From positions 158,929-222,928 of the forward strand of contig JAZJZK010000012.1 of the NCBI GenBank assembly GCA_040389905.1: 64,000 bases of DNA, read 5' to 3'. Positions 60,758 through 64,000 of the stretch are shown here, in pieces. The DNA comes from Gemmatimonadota bacterium. GTDB taxonomy: Bacteria > Gemmatimonadota > Gemmatimonadetes > Gemmatimonadales > Gemmatimonadaceae. The position numbers and the translations under genes were made by a program. The notes beneath the pieces were generated by a model. The model did not search any database, was not told the DNA's origin, and saw only the letters and a program-made list of their open reading frames with translations. Numbering within the stretch: the stretch's first letter is position 1; the number at the start of each line of letters is the position of its first letter.

Positions 60758-61534
60758 TCACGGCCGGCGGTTCCGATAAGGTGCTCCTCCGCGATGCCAG
60801 TCCGTGATCTCTGCGGGTTCCATGTGCGCGCGTATCCATTGGGCCTTCACGTCCTCGCGCAAGACCACCGTGTGGTCGACGGCCTCGACACGATTGGGGA
60901 CCTTGCCTCGCGCCCGCCGGTGCTCGCGGTAGAGCGTAGCGGCGATCTCGCGACGCGTTTCGAAAGAGAGGTTGTTCATTGGTATTTCACAAACGAAGAG
61001 CGCAGGCTTTCCAATTTGTGCGAGAGTGCGTTGCGTGTCGCCGTATCCCATTCGTGTAAGTGTGGCGGCGATTGCCATTGTGGATTCGCTGCCGTAAATG
61101 AGATAGTGACCTGAATGCTTGATGAGGTGCTCCGCGTCAAATGCGAGGAACACACGACCGTGATCGAGGGTGAGGTCAGTCTCGGCCAAGGCAGTCTGCA
61201 GCGCCGCAGATGGAATGCCTTGCGTCCGGAAGAATGCCCAAGCCCGTTCGATGACCCTTACGTCGTGCCGACGTATGCCTTCGTGGTAGTAGGCTTTGAA
61301 ATCTGTCGGCCTGCACCCATGATACAAGCGGACATGCGTGAAACGCGTTGACAGCGCCCACGCGAGGGCGTCTACAGCATGCTCACGAGGAACGGCGCGC
61401 ACGTCGCGATGACGCCGCTCTTGCCCAAGCGTACTGCCGATAACGGCTCCCCATGCGTATGTCTCGCGCCAGTCCAGTACGTGTGATGTTGCACCCAGTC
61501 CAATCGCGGCCTCGTCGCTTTTCCGAGCGTCCAT
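60758..61534 (-). CDS. hypothetical protein, possible ADP-ribosyltransferase-like fold
   Basis: RLYHGCR...YYHEGI...GRVFLAF...HYLIYGSE. Confidence 0.55.
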   Translation of the reverse strand: MDARKSDEAAIGLGATSHVLDWRETYAWGAVIGSTLGQERRHRDVRAVPREHAVDALAWALSTRFTHVRLYHGCRPTDFKAYYHEGIRRHDVRVIERAWAFFRTQGIPSAALQTALAETDLTLDHGRVFLAFDAEHLIKHSGHYLIYGSESTMAIAATLTRMGYGDTQRTLAQIGKPALFVCEIPMNNLSFETRREIAATLYREHRRARGKVPNRVEAVDHTVVLREDVKAQWIRAHMEPAEITDWHRGGAPYRNRRP

Positions 61535-61783
61535 TGAGTGAGTTTGTCTCCCTAGTCCGCGCGTACATGCTCATTGTCCATGATGGTGTGCATGCGCTTG
61601 GGATATAACAGGTCGATCTCGGGCGTAGTCAAACTTCGACAGAGGAGTGAGCGCCCAGGCGTTGTTGAACCCGTTCACTACTCCGCGCTATCGACGGTCT
61701 TGCCAAGCGGATTTTTTGAGTTCTGCAGCCTCGTGGGTCATCCCGCTAAGAGTCACCGTCAACACTAGCCTCCCATTTCCACG

Positions 61784-62632
61784 ATGACTTCAACGCACGC
61801 ACAATCACAGCAGCAAGTGAAGGGTTCTTCGCCGGCCCCGCTTTCGGACGCAATCGCCATGGCGCTATCGCGCCTTGTCGACGATGCGAAGGTTGAGACG
61901 CGAGAGCCGAGTCATTCAGTCCTCGAAGACGCTTTCCTGCGAACGGGACTTAGCAAGGCAGATCCAAATCGAAATGGCCGCCCAATTGGAAAGGCTAAGC
62001 GTCTCAGAGGCGTGCTGCATTGGGCAATGGACAACGATCCTGATTCGGGTGGACGCTTGGCTGCTTTGATCATATCGCTCATCAAAGGATGCGGAGGGTT
62101 TCGTGACAGCTCACCGAACTTTGTCGGGAAGGAAGCCATTGCCGATGCCACAGAAGCGTTTCGCGCGGACGGGTTTAGCCTAGGATCGGATGGTGATCTT
62201 CGTCCAGTGGTCCTCGAGAGCCTTTCTGGCAAGGGTATGACAGAGGCGTTGCAGGCGTACGTTCGACGAGCACAGCGTGGCGCCGAAGACGCCGCCCTCC
62301 TTGCTGGCACAAGCAAGGATCTCGTCGAGGCGACTGCAGCGCATGTGCTCACTGAGCGCTTTGGTGCTTATCCGACGACGGCTAACTTTCCCACTTTGCT
62401 CGGGCAAGCGTTTGTGGCACTCGGGCTATGTGTTGATCCGAATGCAGCCGCGTCGCCGCAGGACCGCATAGACGCGTCCTTGTATGCACTTGCTTGTGCG
62501 ACTAACGCACTCCGAAACAAGCAAGGCGTTGGGCATGGACGGCCGTTTCCCGCCTCAGTCAACACCGACGAGGCACGGAACGCCATCGCTGGAATGGGAA
62601 TCGTCGCGTCGCGGCTTCTCATGCGACTCTAG
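61784..62632 (+). CDS. abortive infection family protein (Abi_C, HEPN-like)
   Basis: AGTSKDLVEATAAHVL...NALRNKQGVGHGR. Confidence 0.82.
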   Translation: MTSTHAQSQQQVKGSSPAPLSDAIAMALSRLVDDAKVETREPSHSVLEDAFLRTGLSKADPNRNGRPIGKAKRLRGVLHWAMDNDPDSGGRLAALIISLIKGCGGFRDSSPNFVGKEAIADATEAFRADGFSLGSDGDLRPVVLESLSGKGMTEALQAYVRRAQRGAEDAALLAGTSKDLVEATAAHVLTERFGAYPTTANFPTLLGQAFVALGLCVDPNAAASPQDRIDASLYALACATNALRNKQGVGHGRPFPASVNTDEARNAIAGMGIVASRLLMRL

Positions 62633-62716
62633 ACGAGGAAGCCCCTCACGACGCGAATCAAACCAGCGGCGCCGTCATTGTCCACGTAGATCGGGGCGAC
62701 TCGCCAGCCCAGGCTA

Positions 62717-63025
62717 TCACACGGGCGTCGACGAGAAGAGCAGGACCTCCAAGTATTCTCCCGACACGCGGTAGGAGACTTGCGCCAGCCGTCGCGACGA
62801 CGCCTCTAGGCGGAACTGGTAGATCGGCCGCGTTTCGAACGGCCCGGTGGGCGCGCTCCCGAGCGCTGGATCCTTGGCCAGATGCTCCATGATTCTCCGC
62901 AGCTCGATCTGCGCACCCGTAGCACCAATGATCCCTGCTTTCTGCTCTTCTCCATCGAGATACGCTCGGATCTGCGCCCTGGCCGACTCGGAGAAGCGGA
63001 GCGACAACGATGGATGATTTGTCAA
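62717..63025 (-). CDS. small protein, possibly a RelE/ParE-like toxin
   Basis: LRFSESARAQI...HLAKDPALG...YQFRL...VSYRV; ATGA overlap with the Panacea gene. Confidence 0.5.
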   Translation of the reverse strand: MTNHPSLSLRFSESARAQIRAYLDGEEQKAGIIGATGAQIELRRIMEHLAKDPALGSAPTGPFETRPIYQFRLEASSRRLAQVSYRVSGEYLEVLLFSSTPV

Positions 63026-63648
63026 AAATCGGCCGCGAAACGCCCTGATGCGATTTCCTGTTCGGCTCGCAACATGGCTTCCAGTTCAAAGCCTACCTTC
63101 TGGGTGCCTCGATTGCGAAGCACTTCCATCGGCAAAGGCTTGCTCATTTCCGCGTCGGTCATCGGCGCTGACGAGTACACCACATCGCGCAGCAACTCCT
63201 CCATGGGCATGCGGAGGTAGTTCATCACGACGTAGCGCATCACTTCCATTTGCCCCGGCGTGAAATCGAACGGCGCCGGAACGCCACGCGCCAACAGTTG
63301 AATGGTGCGCTGCTCGTTGTCCCACACGGTCCGTATCTCACCCATACCGGCGGCCACGATCTCATCAATCGTATCCTTGATCGCCTCGTCGTAGGGGCCG
63401 TACGTGTACCTGATGTATTGGTACTCCGTGATCGCCTCTCCCAGATACTCCAGCGCCAACATATCCGACAGATACGCCATTTTCATCAGGCGCTTTCGTG
63501 GGATGCCGGCCACGCCGCTGGGGGCTTGGTACTGCTGCGCGAAATACCGGAGGAGTTGGGCTGTTTTCGAAAGCGCTGGCATACCGTCCTCCCATAGGGC
63601 TTCGCGGAATTTACCGAACATTTCCCGAAGCGCAAGGCCTGCGGGCAT
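63022..63648 (-). CDS. Panacea/SocA (DUF4065) domain antitoxin
   Basis: KRLMKMAYLSD...YLGEAITEYQYIRYTYGPY. Confidence 0.85.
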   Translation of the reverse strand: MPAGLALREMFGKFREALWEDGMPALSKTAQLLRYFAQQYQAPSGVAGIPRKRLMKMAYLSDMLALEYLGEAITEYQYIRYTYGPYDEAIKDTIDEIVAAGMGEIRTVWDNEQRTIQLLARGVPAPFDFTPGQMEVMRYVVMNYLRMPMEELLRDVVYSSAPMTDAEMSKPLPMEVLRNRGTQKVGFELEAMLRAEQEIASGRFAADF

Positions 63649-63694
63649 GACATGTCTCTTCTGACACGTTACTGAATGACTCAGCGCATGCGGA

Positions 63695-64000
63695 CTATCC
63701 GCCTAGCAGCACCTCAAGCACTTCGGGCCCGCGGCGCTGCTCGACTCTGATAACGTACTGAGCGATATCGCCCACCCCGGAGTCGATGGCAAGCTCGACA
63801 ATGGGGTCTCCCCGGGCACCGCGCTTCGCGAGCATCGCATCAAAGGGATAGTCTGCGACGCGCCGAAAGGTGCTTAGGCCTCGCGGCTGGGGCATTGGCT
63901 TGGTGCAGCCGCTATTGATTGGTGAAAGCGTAATTCGCGCCGCATATTTCCTGATCAGCGGCGCGGAGTCGAGCGTCAAGACGGTGTGCTGACGTGAGCG
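63695..64000 (-). CDS. C-terminal part of a DUF7002-like protein (partial, continues beyond the window)
   Basis: frame open to the window edge; TLSPINSGCT...PRGLSTF...VELAIDSGV. Confidence 0.55.
   Translation of the reverse strand, partial: RSRQHTVLTLDSAPLIRKYAARITLSPINSGCTKPMPQPRGLSTFRRVADYPFDAMLAKRGARGDPIVELAIDSGVGDIAQYVIRVEQRRGPEVLEVLLGG

Overview
GC-rich bacterial window, most likely Gemmatimonadota (inferred from the carboxypeptidase-regulatory/TonB-plug proteins, Ser/Thr kinase, PEP-CTERM protein and split atp operon). (1) 0.1-22 kb is a defence island. It holds a DUF5131/TcmP pair, then a co-oriented minus-strand run (SMC-like ABC ATPase, HEAT-repeat histidine kinase, response regulator, zinc-finger mini-protein, membrane hydrolase, metallo-beta-lactamase ending in Gly, E2-E1-JAB fusion, membrane-anchored patatin), IetAS, a DUF4365-TPR gene and a HEPN-like/Ig/beta-propeller gene. 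(2) 22.4-35.6 kb is bracketed by a 1,674-bp direct repeat and contains secreted-protein genes, an integron-type ImmA cassette and a frameshifted IS3 element. (3) 35.3-39.6 kb has a phase-perfect degenerate 21-bp array, a triplicated leader and a holin/amidase/spanin-like cassette with no virion genes. (4) 39.8-55 kb is mostly housekeeping (atpAGDC, NUDIX, mlaF-like, sigma-70, tRNAs) with long intergenic palindromes. (5) 55-64 kb has a duplicated tRNA-Arg/Pro pair around a three-gene cassette, followed by the left end of a tRNA-Pro-integrated defence island. The best candidate for an undescribed system is the ABC ATPase/two-component module apparently controlling a ubiquitin-like conjugation operon with a patatin effector and no nucleotide cyclase. 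All family calls come from motifs read by eye; no searches were run.
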